Assembly (NCBI GenBank): GCA_976551045.1 | Contig: CDPCPM010000014.1 | Location: forward strand, 38,502,001 to 38,566,000 | Direction of reading: 5' to 3' | Source: Glaucostegus cemiculus | Lineage: Eukaryota | Length of the DNA stretch: 64,000 nucleotides | In this document: positions 27,511 to 41,864 of the stretch, one piece after another | Layout of the letters: each line of letters starts with the position of its first letter | Numbering within the stretch: the first letter of the stretch is position 1 | Translations under genes and position numbers: made by a program | Notes under the pieces: generated by a model | The model's input: only the letters and a program-made list of their open reading frames with translations | What the model was told of the DNA's origin: nothing | The model's database searches: none

Positions 27511-30500
27511 TAAATAGGAGCTTTTGTCTTGGCTGCTTTGGAGAAAAAAAGTACTGTACAAAGTTGTGGATCATTAACTTTAACTTGAGATTGTCATAAC
27601 ATTAATGTTTTGGCACAACAGATGCAAATATTTCCTAATAAAGACCTGTGCTCTTTTAAAAGGCTGAAATTGAGGTTAATCATGTTCTTTTAATACAGGG
27701 TAAGAGTATTTTCATGGGATGGAGTTATAATTTTATCAACAACAGCTTTTTAGTTGTCTTACACTCTTCATTTACCCCTCCAGTAAAAGCCTACAGAAAT
27801 TGTGGGATGAACTTCAAAAAATTGTGGCTAAATTGCAGATAAGACCAACAAAATGTTGAGAAATATGAACATTTTATTAATAATAGCAGTTTGCAAACGT
27901 TGGTGGGCATATTCATTTCTGGGGGGTGGGACAGCAATTGGCTTAAACTGCATGAACGTTTTGCACTTTTAAAGAAGCGTTTTATATCCAGTTATCTTGT
28001 GACTCCTGTTGAGAATCAGCTGCTCTCCTTCCTCAGCTGTCAGCCATCATTCTTCAGCAAGAAGCTGAGAAATGAGCAACACTCAATACTGAGGTAGAAG
28101 TTACGTTGTTCCCTCTCCTACCTTGGGCAGTGAGAGGGGCATTAATTTGAACTACTGCAGAATAAAGTTAATCAAATAAACTGCCAATTCACTAATGTAG
28201 CACAAATTGCAAAATAGAGCAGTTAAAAATATTCCAGATCCATTTCAAGTGTGGATGTATTTTAATTAGAAGCACCCAAATTTGTGCCTATACCTTTCAC
28301 CTGCTCTGAATGTGAATAACAGACCATGTAAGAAAGTTGCCTATTAAATGCATCAGCAACAAATAACTGCATATTCTGCCAATAGTAGAGAGGCTGTTTC
28401 TTACTGCCGACAAAAAAAAGAGGCAGCATCCTGTACAAAGTTCGGAGAAAGGTCTATGTAAATAATAAAATTGTTTCTCAAGCTATAAATGGACTGTATA
28501 ACTCCTCTGTATAAGAGGCACTGGAATTTGAACATAGAATACACTCTGTTACCCTTGCAATGATCATTAATTTCCTTCTTTAACATGTTGCAAGTAATAT
28601 ATTTGTTCACTATATTTATATTGCCATGTTATTGGATGGCAGGCCAATTGTTTCACCATTAGTCTCACTCTTGGGATCTTGTTTGAAATCCAAGTCTGCC
28701 CTGTCTGTCAGATGTATGGGCTCTACTGAAATGAGTTTTACCTGGTTGAAGCAAATTCTTAGTGGAAATGCTATCACAAATGGAAATTTGCTCCTAAACA
28801 ACCATTAAATCAGCAATTTCACTCAGAGACTTCCAGTGCATTTGTGCTAAGGTTGTGTAAAAGCCACACTGGTAGAGCACAGGGACCTTTGTTGTCTGTT
28901 AGGCTTTGGCGTATCTCATCGATGAATCCTTGATACTGATACTGTGTGATCAACATCCCACTCTTCAGCATAACATTCTTCACCTTGAAGTGCTCAGAAT
29001 CACCTCAATGAATACCTTAAAAGGAATGATAAGCACCTTCAAAGAATTTGGAATATCATAACTTGTTTATTTGTTTTAAGTGGCAAGAAAGGCTTAATCA
29101 TTTGAGGATTAGAGTAATTACCAGCCTCAGGCTAGCTTTAAATTGGCACCTACAAGTTGAATAAGAATAATCATTTTATCTTGATGGAAACCTAACAGTA
29201 TTTACTCAATCTCTTGTGTGTCAGAGTATTTACTTCTCAATGGCAATTTACATACTTGGAGATTGTCTTTTATCAGGTTTCATTTGTTATAATCAGCAAC
29301 TGAATTAGTAACATTTCATAACTTTACTTATCCGTCCTAATGATATGTGTTTCACAGACATTTACAAAGCTTAAAATAGCACGTAGTCATGCAGATACTT
29401 TGAAAAAGTGCAGAATTTGGCTTTGCTCCTGCATGCTCTTTAAAAATAACAGACTCTGTCTACCCCACCAAGGTCAGTTTGGAAAGTAGCTCACTAAAAG
29501 GTTGAACTGGTCACGTGGGAATTTGAGTCTCCAACTACAGAGTGACTCAGAGTTTAGCTAATGTGGAGCCTGGAGCAGAATGTTGCCCCTTGTGTTAAAA
29601 TGCCTTTTTCCAAGAATACGAAGAAACCTTTTGTTCTAGTTTGAGGGAGCAGCTGAGCATTGATTGACTTCCATGCGCCCTGCAGACCCCTGAATGAAAT
29701 AACAAGACCTTCGCTTTTCCTGTTCCTTTTGCTTAATGCACTTGTTGGATCTGATTGATTTTTGTCAGTCGAAATGAATAGGACAGTTAATAAGCCAAGA
29801 CCGTTGAGGTATTTCCTCTTGAGGAGATGCAAGAATGATACATGCTAATTGATTTTCATTTTAATTTAACACATGATGCATTCAATATAGGTTTAGTTAT
29901 GCTGGAAGTTAATTTTACACTGTGCAGCTTCTCTAACAGAAGATCTGTGATAGGGATGGTATTGCTGGGTCACAGACTGAAACAGATGCTCATTACTGTG
30001 CTGTGTCCATGCTCTCTAACTCAACCAATTGTAGCTGTATCTATTTTGCACTCTCTGATAGTTCGTACTCCCTCCTGAACAGAAATACTCAGAAGGTAAT
30101 AATGGGGGACATGGAGCAGAACTGCTGGGTCCCAGAATGCTTTGCTGTGTGGCACTAGGTCATCTTTCATTCCCACTCATCTGATCTTTCTCCCTCATCT
30201 ATATGTACGATGCATCTGCCAAGTCAAAAGCTGATACACTCTGGTTTTACACAAATCAATCCCTTTACAATTTAACAGGCACAGAGTTAAATCAGAAGAA
30301 AGAATGGTCCTAACATTGGCTGATTGGCAGCAGAGGGCACAGTCTGAATGTAATCATTCACTGAATATAATCCTATTCACTGAACAGAGTGATTTCTCCG
30401 GCTGGCTTTCTTGAGGCCTATACTTGACTAAAGTGATAGGTTAATGGCTGCATCTGGAGGGCATAGTTGTGTCTTAGTCACTTACAAGGGAAGGATTCTG

Positions 30501-33500
30501 TTACAAGAGGATAAGCAGCGGTGGATGAAGACAGGCGAGCTGCTGTGTGCTGAGCTTGGGTCTGAGCCATCCTGCCTGTGTGCACCAAACCAATCCCACA
30601 ATCATCACTAATTTATTAGCTTCATGATGTTTCATGAATACCCTTGGTATATAGGGTCATGAGATAAATAATGAGGAATTCTGCAGAGATGAATTCCTGG
30701 GAGTCACGGGGCACTGATAAGGCAGCCACAGATGTGAGTCTTTTGTTCTCTGACAGTTTTCAGGTCAGGATCCTCAGCCCCGAAGCAGTTTTCCCTGTCA
30801 CTCCTTTGTCATGTTGCATGGCACTTTGCTAATGCACTTAATGAGCACCATTTTGGAGGTGCTGACTTGGTCAGAAAAGTATGATAAAGCTCAATCTATT
30901 CGCGTTTAATTCAAGAGATCCGTTATCGCCTCCATCAGCCAATGCAGGCTGCTTTTAAAAATGTTATTTTTTTTCCTCCATGAGTCTTTTAAAAATGAAG
31001 GGCATAATCCTGTTAACTGAACTTCAGTCAATTTAATCTAATTTTTAATGCAACTGGGAGGTATTGCACTCTTGAAAAATGGAATCCAATAAATTCTGCA
31101 CATTTTCATTCTTTTGGCCTTTTTCATTTATTGGGAACTGTGAAGCCATTTGAGTGAAGAAGATTGCAGTGTTTTATGGAAGAAGTGTAAATTGTATTTT
31201 CTTAAGGAACAGGTTCAGGCTCTTGAAAGGTAAAATGCATTTTACTGGAGTGCTTTTTGACAGAGATAGAATTCTGTCCAATGATCTCTGCTGCCTGTAT
31301 TGAGACACTGATGAAATATTGGCACAAATAAAGTAAATTGTGGCTGCTGTTCCTTTTGGTGCCTTTCTCTTGCATGACAGCAGGGCCACGTTCGATTTAA
31401 GAGGCAAGCTAGCTTGAGTCACGCAAGCTTCATTTGCATTCATGTCATTTTTGGCTGATACTGTATTATCTCTGGCTCTTTTTGCCATGATGATACGATA
31501 GCTGTTTGGTTCCTTGTTTCAGACCACAAAACCTCTTGACCTCATCTTTAAAGTCTGAACTTTTCATCGGGGAAAGAAACAAATGAGTAGGAATTACTAA
31601 ATTACTTTTTTTGCCGAGAGTGAGAGAGAGAGAAATAAACAAAGGCAATAACATGGAGGCCTCTGGTTCATTATTAAAATCAGCCACATCATCACTTGGA
31701 AGGATATGGGTGTACTGACATGACTTGCATTTGCTTTATCGGACACACTCAGATTGAAATATCAAAACCCTCTCAATGGGATTGGTGCCCAGATGGTTTC
31801 TGAAGATAATTTCGGAAACTGGCCTTGTATAATATGGGTGAGCTTCCCTAATGAGCCAGAATAATATTGTAACCCCATGTCGGAGTTTTGTTTGGTGAAG
31901 GATGCTGGTACTATGTTGGTGCTGCAGATTGTTTGAACAGTTGGTGTGTTGAAGAAAGGGCCATTACAACATGGTGCCGCTCTGCTAGAGACTGGCTTGT
32001 TTTATGAGAGCGCTGGCACATAAACACATTCATTCACATTTGGAGAGGTTAATGCACGTGCTTAGCCTCAGTCAGATGCTGGCAGTAGCAGTTAAAGGGC
32101 AGTTATTGGTCTGAACACACAGTTGGGAAATAAGCTAAAGCACTTAACATTCTCTAATTAGTTTTCACGCAATCCACAATCAATCGTATTTTACAAAATT
32201 TATTTCATTGAAAGCATGTGCAACACTGGGGAGGAGGGGCAGGGGTAAAGGGAAGGAAAAGTTTGTGCATCCTTCACAAAGTAGAGCTTCATGATCATAT
32301 CTTAATTTGAGGCAACTGACTTACCCATTTTATTATTTATGCATTTCATCATGTATCAGATTAATACTGGGACGCTTGGCATCTTTGCTAAGAGGATCAT
32401 TGTGTTCAAAACATTTTACTTCCATGAAGTGCCAAGAATGTGCCCATAGATGTTGAAGGGGGAAATTGCTGAGCCTTCTTTCTTGGCAGCTGCATTCAGT
32501 GCAATAGCTTAAAATGTACACTTTGCAGATCATGTCACAGTTCTAAGGGGGAGTATGTTATTTTGTCCATTTTGTCAGAAAGGTAACATAGGTAACCTCC
32601 TTTCCAACATACATTTTGAGTTGTTCTATTACAATGGACTATAAGATAAGGTATCTTTATTAGTCTCATGTACATGGAAACGCACAGTGAAATGCATCTA
32701 TTACGATGGACCCAAGATAGAAAAGAATGGTAAGTAAGCCAGAAGACCAAGGGGGCATGCGGAGCTCTATTTTGTAGGAGCACTGTTAAGAGGGACATGA
32801 AAGTCCAACATTGATTGTGACAAGTGAGAAAGTGGACCTGATGACAGAGTAGAAAATGGCATTGACTGTGGGTAGGGACATGTCATCATGTTGTCACTGA
32901 TTCCAGAAACTTCATAGGAGACAGCAGTAGTGTTAGCAAGGCCACAGGACTGTATCTCACCCTACATCATTGGCGAATAATATATTCAGTTGTGCCACTT
33001 GTGGCATATTTTTTTTATTCATTCTTTCCAGGACCACTTATTCAGTCATCAACAGAAATGCAGTTCATGGTGTAGCCAACCTAATGTTTAAATTCAGCAT
33101 ATCCAACATTTCATATGGATGAAGAATGCCAGCTGAATCATATTTATTGCTACAAAGGGGTTTATTGAATTAAGCAAATAAAAACTTAACTTTCAATGTA
33201 TTTGTAGCTTGTCTCTTCTATGTGGCAGAAGTGTGATCAAGTATTTACGGCCAATTTCCACTCTGCATCATCAAAGAACAGTTGGCATCCCTGGGAACTG
33301 GTTGTTTTCCTAATCTGTGGAACCACTATCAAGGGAGACATTTAGCTGGCTTAAGCTTTCAAAGCATCCTTCTGCGGTGTACAGTGTCATTTGTACGATG
33401 CTCAAAACCCACATCAGAGATATTTTGCACACACTCAGTGCTTTTTTTCTTCTAGTAACTCCTTAGCTGGTTCCATGAAAATTTTAATTAGCTGATGGGT

Positions 33501-35599
33501 GTTTTTAAAAATGCCGAATCAGTGCACTTTTTACAAGAGAAGGTGATTGCAATCACTTCTTGATTTAAAAGTGAACCTTGGGAATTCTTGCGATTCTATG
33601 AAATTCCAAAATTTATTACAGATAGCAAATACATTTAAATGAATTCTTTTCCTCAGTCTTTTTACAGTGGGTGCGGACCATCCCTATACATGGCCCAGTT
33701 ATACTATCTGGATTTAAAATTAATGTGTTACAGTTGCAGTGCAAAGTCCAAACAGTTAAGCAAGCTGGAAGAGATTTAACGAGTTTATCATAGATACAAA
33801 AAGCCCTGGGATAAATTCTATCTCGCCTGCTGGTACTTTGATTTCCTTCTTCTAGTTTGTAAATGTATTTGTACAGTTCATATGCTATGCAGTTTTAAAG
33901 CAAAGACCTGTAGAGTTCAATTGACAAGTATTGATGGAGGCTTTTACCCAGCTTGCTGGAGGCAGAAACCAAAGGAACTTTTAATAGGCCGTGGAAGTGC
34001 TCTTTAAAATTCTAATCATATCTGTAATTTCCATCTCACTATCTGCTCTGTGTTGTACTAAACCCCTGCTCATTGACACGAACCTGCTTTTACAGCAGAA
34101 ATAATTGATTAGTTAGAACCCTCTGATGTGGAGCCATCAACTGACACCTGTGCAAAATGAATAAAAAGTGATAGGAGCAAGATGTGGTATTTTGTCCCTT
34201 AGCCTCTGAACAAAAGTCGGTGAAATTAGAGAAAACGATCTCCATCTGCAAACCGTATTGTGGAGAACATTGTGAAGGCCAAATTACGTTTTGCTCATGG
34301 GAACTTGAGAGGCATAATTATCTCAGCAAATTCCTTCTGGTAATCCGACATTTATCAGAGAGCGGGTGATATACAGCTGTGCAGTGCGGAGGTGAGTCTT
34401 TAGAGGACAGCAGGCAGAGAATGGCTTTGATTATTTTGGGCTGTGTGGTTAAGTCCCCAAACAGGTGCAGCCTGATTTTAAATCCTGACAAGATGTTATA
34501 GGAAGGGGCTGTGGCCTCAGAGACCCAAAGCACCTACTGAGAAAGATGGCACAATAATATGTTAGGAAAACAGGTGTTAGTGTTCAGAATTTTTTTAAAT
34601 CGACGGTTTGAATACTTAAGGAGAGTGCAGTGAGAAGACAGATTGTTGTATCATTGTCTCAATTATTGTGTTGTGTGGAATTTTGATTTCAAATATACAG
34701 CATTGGTGGTGGACTTTATTTCATCAGTGTTGACTGCATGTTCATAAACTGGAGCATGCCTTAATACAAATTCCCCATTGATCACAGCATGCCTGTGGGA
34801 GAGTTGCAGCCGGTATGTCAGAAGCTCAGTGGAATGCGATCCGGTGGCAGGCGTGAGCTGGCTCTGCCTGAGGCATGCAGCAGCATCTTTCATCAGATGC
34901 AGTGGTGATGTCCCAGCTGCCCAAGAAGTCATTATTCACACTCCGAGCATTTATGGAAGAAGCCATGGATTAGAAGAATGGGAGCAGTGAAACAAAAGGA
35001 AAACTAAACTAGGGAGTGATTGATATGGAAAAGTGGCAGAGGATTCCACACGTAGCAGCAGATGCGCCTTGTTGTGATTGGTTAGTGGCATTTGTCATGG
35101 CGATCTGTTCCATTCATCTGTTGGTTGAATGGGGCCAGCTTTCAGTGCCACTCTGGAACAATTCAGGAGGTAAGCAGGTCAGACCCAATTAACCAGAGAA
35201 TTATCAAGTCAGAAAAATATATAGGTCTTCATTAGATTTTATGAATACTATTACATTATCAATTTTATGAAATATAACCTTGGTCCTACTCAATTATTTT
35301 GGGATGTCATTTTATTGCTTCAATTATTCATATGCTATGTTATTTATTTTTAAAGTGCAGACTCGTCAAGGTCAGAATGTCAGATGACGTCACTCTGGCA
35401 ATGAATGTGCATATGGCGGCCCAACACTGTGCTAAATATGTCTGGGTACAGTTTTGGTTCCATGAATAATTACCTCCTAATTTTGGCCATGATGTCAGAA
35501 GAAGAGAATAAATCAATTGACATGTCACTCATTTTCCTTCTAGGACTCAGATCAATAAGAACTTTAAGTAAAGGTCAAAGAAAATCTTAAACTCATGGG

Positions 35600-36215
35600 C
35601 TCCCTCACCTCCCCCCCACCCCAACTAATTGTGGAGAGATATCTTGGCAAAGAAATGTATGGATGGATTGTTTGTAACTTCGTGTCAAGATGAGCTATGG
35701 ATTGCACATCTTCCATTAGATCACCTATCTTCATTCCTCCATCTGTTATTGAAACCTTCATTCCTTCCTCGCTCTAGATGTGGCCATCCCAAACTGCTGC
35801 CATGTCCCTAACTCATGATGAGACCCATTTGACCACCTCTTTTCTGCTGCTTAACATAGATTCTTGGAGATACAATGTATTGCTTTTAATTCTCATCTTT
35901 GTTTTCAGTTGCCTCCATGTCCTTAATTTTCCCAATCTCTATAATCTCCTCCCAACCTGCCATCTGCTAGGATGTGTACACTCTTCTCTTGATCGTCCCC
36001 AAACTTAATTGCTCCATTCCAGGAGGTCTTGCCTTAAGCCCTTTCCTAAACCTGTCCATGTCTCTACATTCTATTTTTTTTAAAGCTGTTCTTTAAAATC
36101 TACCTATTTGAACTGGCTTTTGGTCATTTTTTTTCTGTCTCCATGTGGTTGGTGTCAAATTTTGTTTGAAATGTGTTCAGTGAAGTACCTTGGCATGCTT
36201 TTATACTGTAAATAT
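35600..36215 (+). mobile_element. Old L2-type LINE 3' fragment
   Basis: Pyrimidine-rich body ...ttttaattctcatctttgttttc...ctctataatctcctcc...cctttcctaaacct...gtgaagtaccttggcatgcttttatactgtaaa. Confidence 0.55.
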
Positions 36216-36854
36216 CATGTGTACTTAAAAAATGTTAGCTAAGGTTCTGAAATTAGGATAGGAATGGGTACATTATTTAAATATTTGTAGACACTGCTGC
36301 TACAAAAATAGAGTAGAACAGATAATTGTGCTCAATCATACAATTCTAAACGGTGAAATTCTGTGATGGTTGTATTTTTTCACTTAGAAATGTTATGTAG
36401 GATACTTCATCTTGACTCTTGTGTAATATTTGAAATAATGACACTGCTGATATATTCTACTTCATAATTATTTCTCATAAAGATACCTTGCTCAACGTGA
36501 ACTTTAATGAAGGAGGAATTCTTTCTGGGCATAGCTTATTCTGGGTTGGAGATGGTTATTTTGTTAATGATCTTTTAGAATCTGAAAGTTAGCCACCCGT
36601 CCTATGGGAGCCTATGACGTGTTTACTAAAATCTAAATCAGTAGTAATTGTGGAAGAGTGAGGCCAATTGAAGATAGACAAGATGCTACATTAGCAGCTA
36701 GCAGGACCTTCCCTTAGTTGCCAAGCACAATGGCTGTGGGCTTGCAAGTCCAAAGAATATATTGTTTTCCAAGAATAAGCTATTTACTGTTCTCTGCATA
36801 ACTTAGCATTAATAATGTAAAGAGTATTCCTTTCTTAAATTCTAAGGGGAATAA

Positions 36855-37540
36855 AGCTGGTCAGATGCACAAGTACATGTGTGCACAGGTTCAGTGGAAA
36901 ACTTACTTGCAGCAGCATCACAGGCACATAGCATCAGATAAACAGCATTCGCAAGAAAAACATAAATTAAACATAAATTATCCACAATTTTTACAAGAAA
37001 AAATACATAATTGGAACAGAAAAAAGTCAATTTTAGTCTAAAGTGATCAGAGTGGTCATAGTGTTGCTAAACCGTAGTGGTGATTAGTGTTTTGCTGGTT
37101 GGTTCAAGAACCAAATGGTTGAAGGGAAGTAGCTGTTCTTGAACCTGGTGGTGTGGGACTTCAGGCTTCTGTACCTCCTGCCTGACGGTAGCTGCAAAAA
37201 AATGGCATGGCCTGGATGGTGGGGATCTTTGGTGATGGATGTTGCCTTCTTGAGGCAGGGCCTCCTGTAGATACTACCGATGGTGGGGAGGGATGTGCCC
37301 ATGAAATATTGGGCAGAGTCCATTGCTCTCTGCAGCTGCTAATGTTCCTGCACATTCAAATTGCCGTACCAGACCATGTTAGAACCAGTCTGGATACTTT
37401 CAACAGTACATCTGTAGAAGTTTGTTCGAGTGTTCAGTGACAAGGCAAACCTCCTTAATCTCCTAAAAATGTAAAGGCGCTGCTACGCCTTCCTTACGAT
37501 TGCGTTGATATGCTGGGCCCAGGACAGGTCATCCAAAAGT
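36855..37540 (-). mobile_element. Rex1/Babar-like LINE, 5'-truncated (RT C-terminus plus 3' UTR)
   Basis: ORF 37084-37323 contains CLKKATSITKDPHHPGHAIFLQLPSGRRYRSLKSHTTRFKNSYFPSTI, a typical C-terminal signature of this clade. Confidence 0.85.
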
Positions 37541-38854
37541 GGATGCCGTTGAGTCTAAAGTTTCTGTAGCACTTCATCAAAATGGCTTTCACCTATATTT
37601 CCATAACATTGTGATTAATGTAGTATTTATTATAAGAAATAAACTATAAACTATAAAGGACATAATTAACAAAAAATGAGTTTTAGATACAGTAGTAATT
37701 CAATCCCAGGTTTTTGCTGATTGTTAAAAACCCTCTCAGCAAACTTCAGTATTACAATTAAAGACACTATTACAAAGTATTCAGTTGAATTATTGATTCT
37801 TCAGCTCTCACATGTATATTCACTGCCAACATTGCATTTTTTTGTTTAATTTTTTTTTGCAAACTTGTTATTGGCATTGTCCACATTATGAAGTGTGTTC
37901 TCCAGAAACTTGTTTTCTGAAGCTTTTAACATTTAGTTTTTGGGAAATGGAACAGTTTGCCGCATCTGGGAGCTGGTGCATCATTAAAGCACCCTGAAAC
38001 AGACAAAATATGGGCACAAATGTTTCATAAATGCAGCCTGATACGTACCTCACTGTCAGGAGAACAAGGGCAAAAAGTAATAAGACCGTGGACAGGTCCT
38101 TCAGTGATAACTAACTGCCACACTGAGCCCTCTCTTTGTGTTGTAAAGTTCTGTGATTGATTGAGAGCAAAACCACATTAAACCAAAAGAGGACATTGAT
38201 TTGACTTTTTTCTCTGCTGACCTTTGTAACTAAGTACTGGGGCTGATGGGGGGAGGGTGTCCTAGGACTGAAGTGTTGGTTGAATCCTAACATTCACAAA
38301 CCTCTTCCCCATTTAAGAACTTATTAGGTGATGCATTGTGCTGTACAAGTGTAACACCGAGTTGCTCGAAAAACTTGACTATTTTGATGTAGTCACATGT
38401 TTTGAGTGCACGTGGGTATAAACTAATCACTTCCCATCAGAAAGTGCCAAGATAATCTTCAATCCGATTATAACACTATCAACTAATTTCAAATAATAGT
38501 TTGTTTGCCCAGTTGTAGGCAATATTGTTATTTTTTCCTCAAGCAATTGTGCCTACCATGTTCCAGGAAATTTAACTCTTTGCAGGCCAGAGTGCAAATC
38601 CACACTGCCCCTGTTACCATGATTTGACACTTGAGCAGGGCATACATGGGTTGCCCCGCCTGCCTCTCATACCAATTTCTGCAGAGCTGTGGATGGCTGC
38701 CCTTACCACCTACTAGAATACTCTCAGCACTTAACCTATGAGATGGAGTGAAGGTGGTGATGGTCATGGGGGCATGGGCAACATAATATGATTACTCCCT
38801 AAATCCTGTGTCTTCAAATAACTGGGAAGAACTTGGTCATCAGGTGTAATATGC

Positions 38855-40363
38855 TCTCAGGGCTGCAGTACCCTCCGCAGGTGTGGCCTGTTCCTCACTC
38901 CTCTGCCTCGGCAATCACCCATCTGGGGGTCCAAGACGGAGTGAGTCTGATGGGTCATGCTGCACAAGTCCCCTGAGAATGGGGCAAAAATGTACCCAAT
39001 GTTGCCCTCATCCTGATGACCGCCTTTGTGTATGGCTGTATCAGGCGGTGTGTGGACCCAAAGTACGTGGGCACCAAGTGTCACTACATGCTGAGGTTCT
39101 ACCTGTCCCCACTGTTGTGGGAGATAGGCCTGGCCCCTCTACTGCAGAACGCCCCAGTCAGCTGGACATTGCTGCACTACCTGTCCTTTGTGGGAGAGTA
39201 CTTCCAAGCAAACACCTTTGTCCACAAGTCCATCAAACAGTGGCCAGTGCGGAATGTACTTCAGACACTGTGGGACAGGGACACTATGGATTCTGTGGGT
39301 TTGTTCCTGGAGCAAATGGTCCAAACCATATGGCAGAATGCCTCTTCACCAGATCTGACCAACAAGCACCAAGGACTTGTTTGACTAGCATTGAGAGGTG
39401 CCCTCCTAGTCAGAGCTTTCCTCTACAGAAGCTGTATCACCCCCCGTGTACGCTTCCCTTGGGATGGCTGTGGTGAGGAAGAGATGTTCACCCACCTCTT
39501 TGCAGACTGTGGATTTGCTAAGAGGGTGTGGAGAAGGATGCAAGGGTCCGTGTCCTGGTTCATCCCCAGCAACTGCATGACAGAGCACTCTCTGATCTAC
39601 AGGCTGTTCCCAGGACACACACCAAAACAGACCTCAAGTGTCACCAACTCAGTGAAGGACACCCTTTGGTCTGCCCGAAACCTTTTGGTTTTCCAGCACA
39701 GCAAGATGTCCGTAAGGGTATGCTGCCGACTGGCACAGTCCAGGCTGCAGGAGTCCTGCTGAGGGATGCACTGAAGCTCAGTGCAGCCAATGCTAAGGCC
39801 CTGTGGGGAAGGACCAGAGTATAGGCCCTACCGCACATGCACTACTGAACATGGAGGGGCAGAGTTGGGTAGGGAAGCCCCTCGAGCAATGAAAGGGGTA
39901 TCACCTTAGGGAGTCACATAATGGTGCTGTGTTTGCTTTTTTTTCCTTTTTAATTTATTATTGGTTTTTTGGTTTATTATTGTCACTTGTATGGAGGTAC
40001 AGTGAAAACCTTGTCTTACAAACCGATCATTCAGGTCAATTCATTACACAGTGCAGTTACATTGAGGTAATACAGAGCGCATTGATGTAGTACGGGTAAA
40101 AACAATAACAGTACAGAGTAAAGTGTCACAGCTACAGAGAAAGTGCAGTGCAATAAGGTACAAGGTCATAACTAAGTAGATCGTGAGGTCATAGTCCATC
40201 TCATTGTATAAGGGAACCGTTCAATAGTCTTATCATAGTGGGGTAGAAGCTGTTTACACTACTGAATGTAACATCCATGAGTGTTAAGGTTTTGTGTTTG
40301 CTGCTTCTTCCTTTGTGTATTTTGTTTTATCATGAATAAAGCTTATTTTTGAAATTTAAAAAA
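38855..40363 (+). mobile_element. Tx1/L1-clade LINE, 5'-truncated, with a nested insertion in its 3' UTR
   Basis: Frameshifted ORF2 C-terminus in ORFs 39016-39384 and 39391-39762, including a decayed CCHC-like GCGEEEMFTHLFADCGFAKRVW and LWSARNLLVF. AATAAA at ~40335 followed by an A-rich tail. Confidence 0.85.
39962..40254 (-). mobile_element. Rex/Babar-like 3' tail inserted into the Tx1/L1 element
   Basis: tttattattgtcacttgta...acagtgaaaa at the left end and gggtagaagctgtt at the right; compare gggaagtagctgttc at ~37124. Confidence 0.65.
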
Positions 40364-41579
40364 CTGGAAGCAAGAACAAAATGGTGAATTAAAGCTGGTA
40401 TGTAACATCCAGGAACACTGGCACTTTAAACAAATCACACATTCAAAAAAAGTTTTATTCTGTGAAACATTATTTGTCACTGCATTACATTCGTTTGATG
40501 GATAAGATTGCTGCCTTCAGATGAGGGTGGCGTTTTAATATGTTAATAGAATCAGGGCTGTTAAAGTGCACCTCATGTCTCCTTTCAGAACTCTTCTGCT
40601 CCTTTCTGTGAAGCTGACACTCCACTGCACCTCGTGGTTTACTGACAGCATCCATTATCCCAGCTACTACAGATGATCCTCCTGATTTTCATTCACTGAC
40701 TGGCTGCCCTCATTTTATGCAGGAGTATAAAATATTCTCCAAAAGGAACAGGAAATTCAGCTTATTGACCTCTCAGAATTGATTTTCAAGAACAAGAACT
40801 TGCCCCATCTGATTTGAATTGAATAGTTCCCAGGTTTTGTGGATTTCAAATTTACATGCATCAGTTTTGAATGATCTCAACGTAACTCTCGAGGAGCTGA
40901 GCTCAGAAAGAAGTGGGTCATTAACTGAAACAAAAAAAAGTATTCAGAAAACAAATGAGATGGCTGGTGTGGAGAATGAAAGCTGTCATGTTAATGCACT
41001 AGGAATGTTCTTCTGGGGTTGGGGGTAAATGCAGATCCCAAAATGGAAAACATCCCTAACATACATGATGAAAATTTGAAATCAAATCATAAAGGAGTGT
41101 TTTAAGAATGCACAACGCTTGAAGGGTTGCCTAGATTAGTGCTCAATAAACTTGTTAATCTGTGGCTGCACATGCCAGGCATTTTGGCCCTGAGTTCACT
41201 ACTGGAAAATTCAGTAATGCTGAAGGCATCAGGTGCTATGGAATCAGCTTTATACCAGGACATGGGGAGGTATGCTGAAGCAGTTGACAGCTAGGCTAAG
41301 CTGCTTTGCTTATGTTAATTTACTGTCTCATCTGAATGCCAGCACCTCTGAAATTGCACCACTCCCTTAGCATTTACGGTGTCCTGACTGATAATTAAAT
41401 CAAATTCATTTTCCTCTGAATCAGTTACTGATTTCAAGGTACTAAAACAGATTGGTTGCTTTTATAGTATGTATGAAAGGCGTTTTATGGAAAAGCTTCA
41501 TTCAATTTTGGGTTTTATTTTTGTGCTGATGTCTGGCCCACACTGTGTCATTGATACATAAGGACATAGACACTGTAAA

Positions 41580-41725
41580 GTGAAAGAAAGACAAGCTTTC
41601 AGATAGCAGCTTATCACATCTCTCAAAGGTGACTTGAAGTATTTCACTTGCTATGAATTACTTTGAAATGCAGTGACTGTTGTTATTAGACAAACAACAG
41701 CCATTTGATGCACAAAGATCCATAC
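41580..41725 (-). mobile_element. Deu-type SINE 3' tail (a separate core fragment lies at ~41320-41390)
   Basis: aaagaaagac...atagc...ttactttgaaatgcagtgactgttg resembles the reverse complement of the 22360-22480 tail. Confidence 0.5.
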
Positions 41726-41864
41726 AATATATATGCAACAATATACAAAAATATACAACAATAGTTCGGAGATAAGGCGGGAATTTGGAGTTAGAATAGT
41801 TTTTTTTCTTTTTTCTCATTCTTTTTCATCCACTTTTTCCCCCTTTTTTCCCACCCTCCCTTCC

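Noticed and set aside
38883-39476. 197-aa ORF, the longest in the window
   Set aside because: It is an alternative frame over the Tx1/L1 remnant; the recognisable ORF2 homology is in the overlapping frames.
38815-40380. Target-site duplication for the Tx1/L1 copy (aactgggaagaac vs aactggaagcaagaac)
   Set aside because: The match is imperfect and lies some distance from the apparent 5' end, so it cannot be supported.
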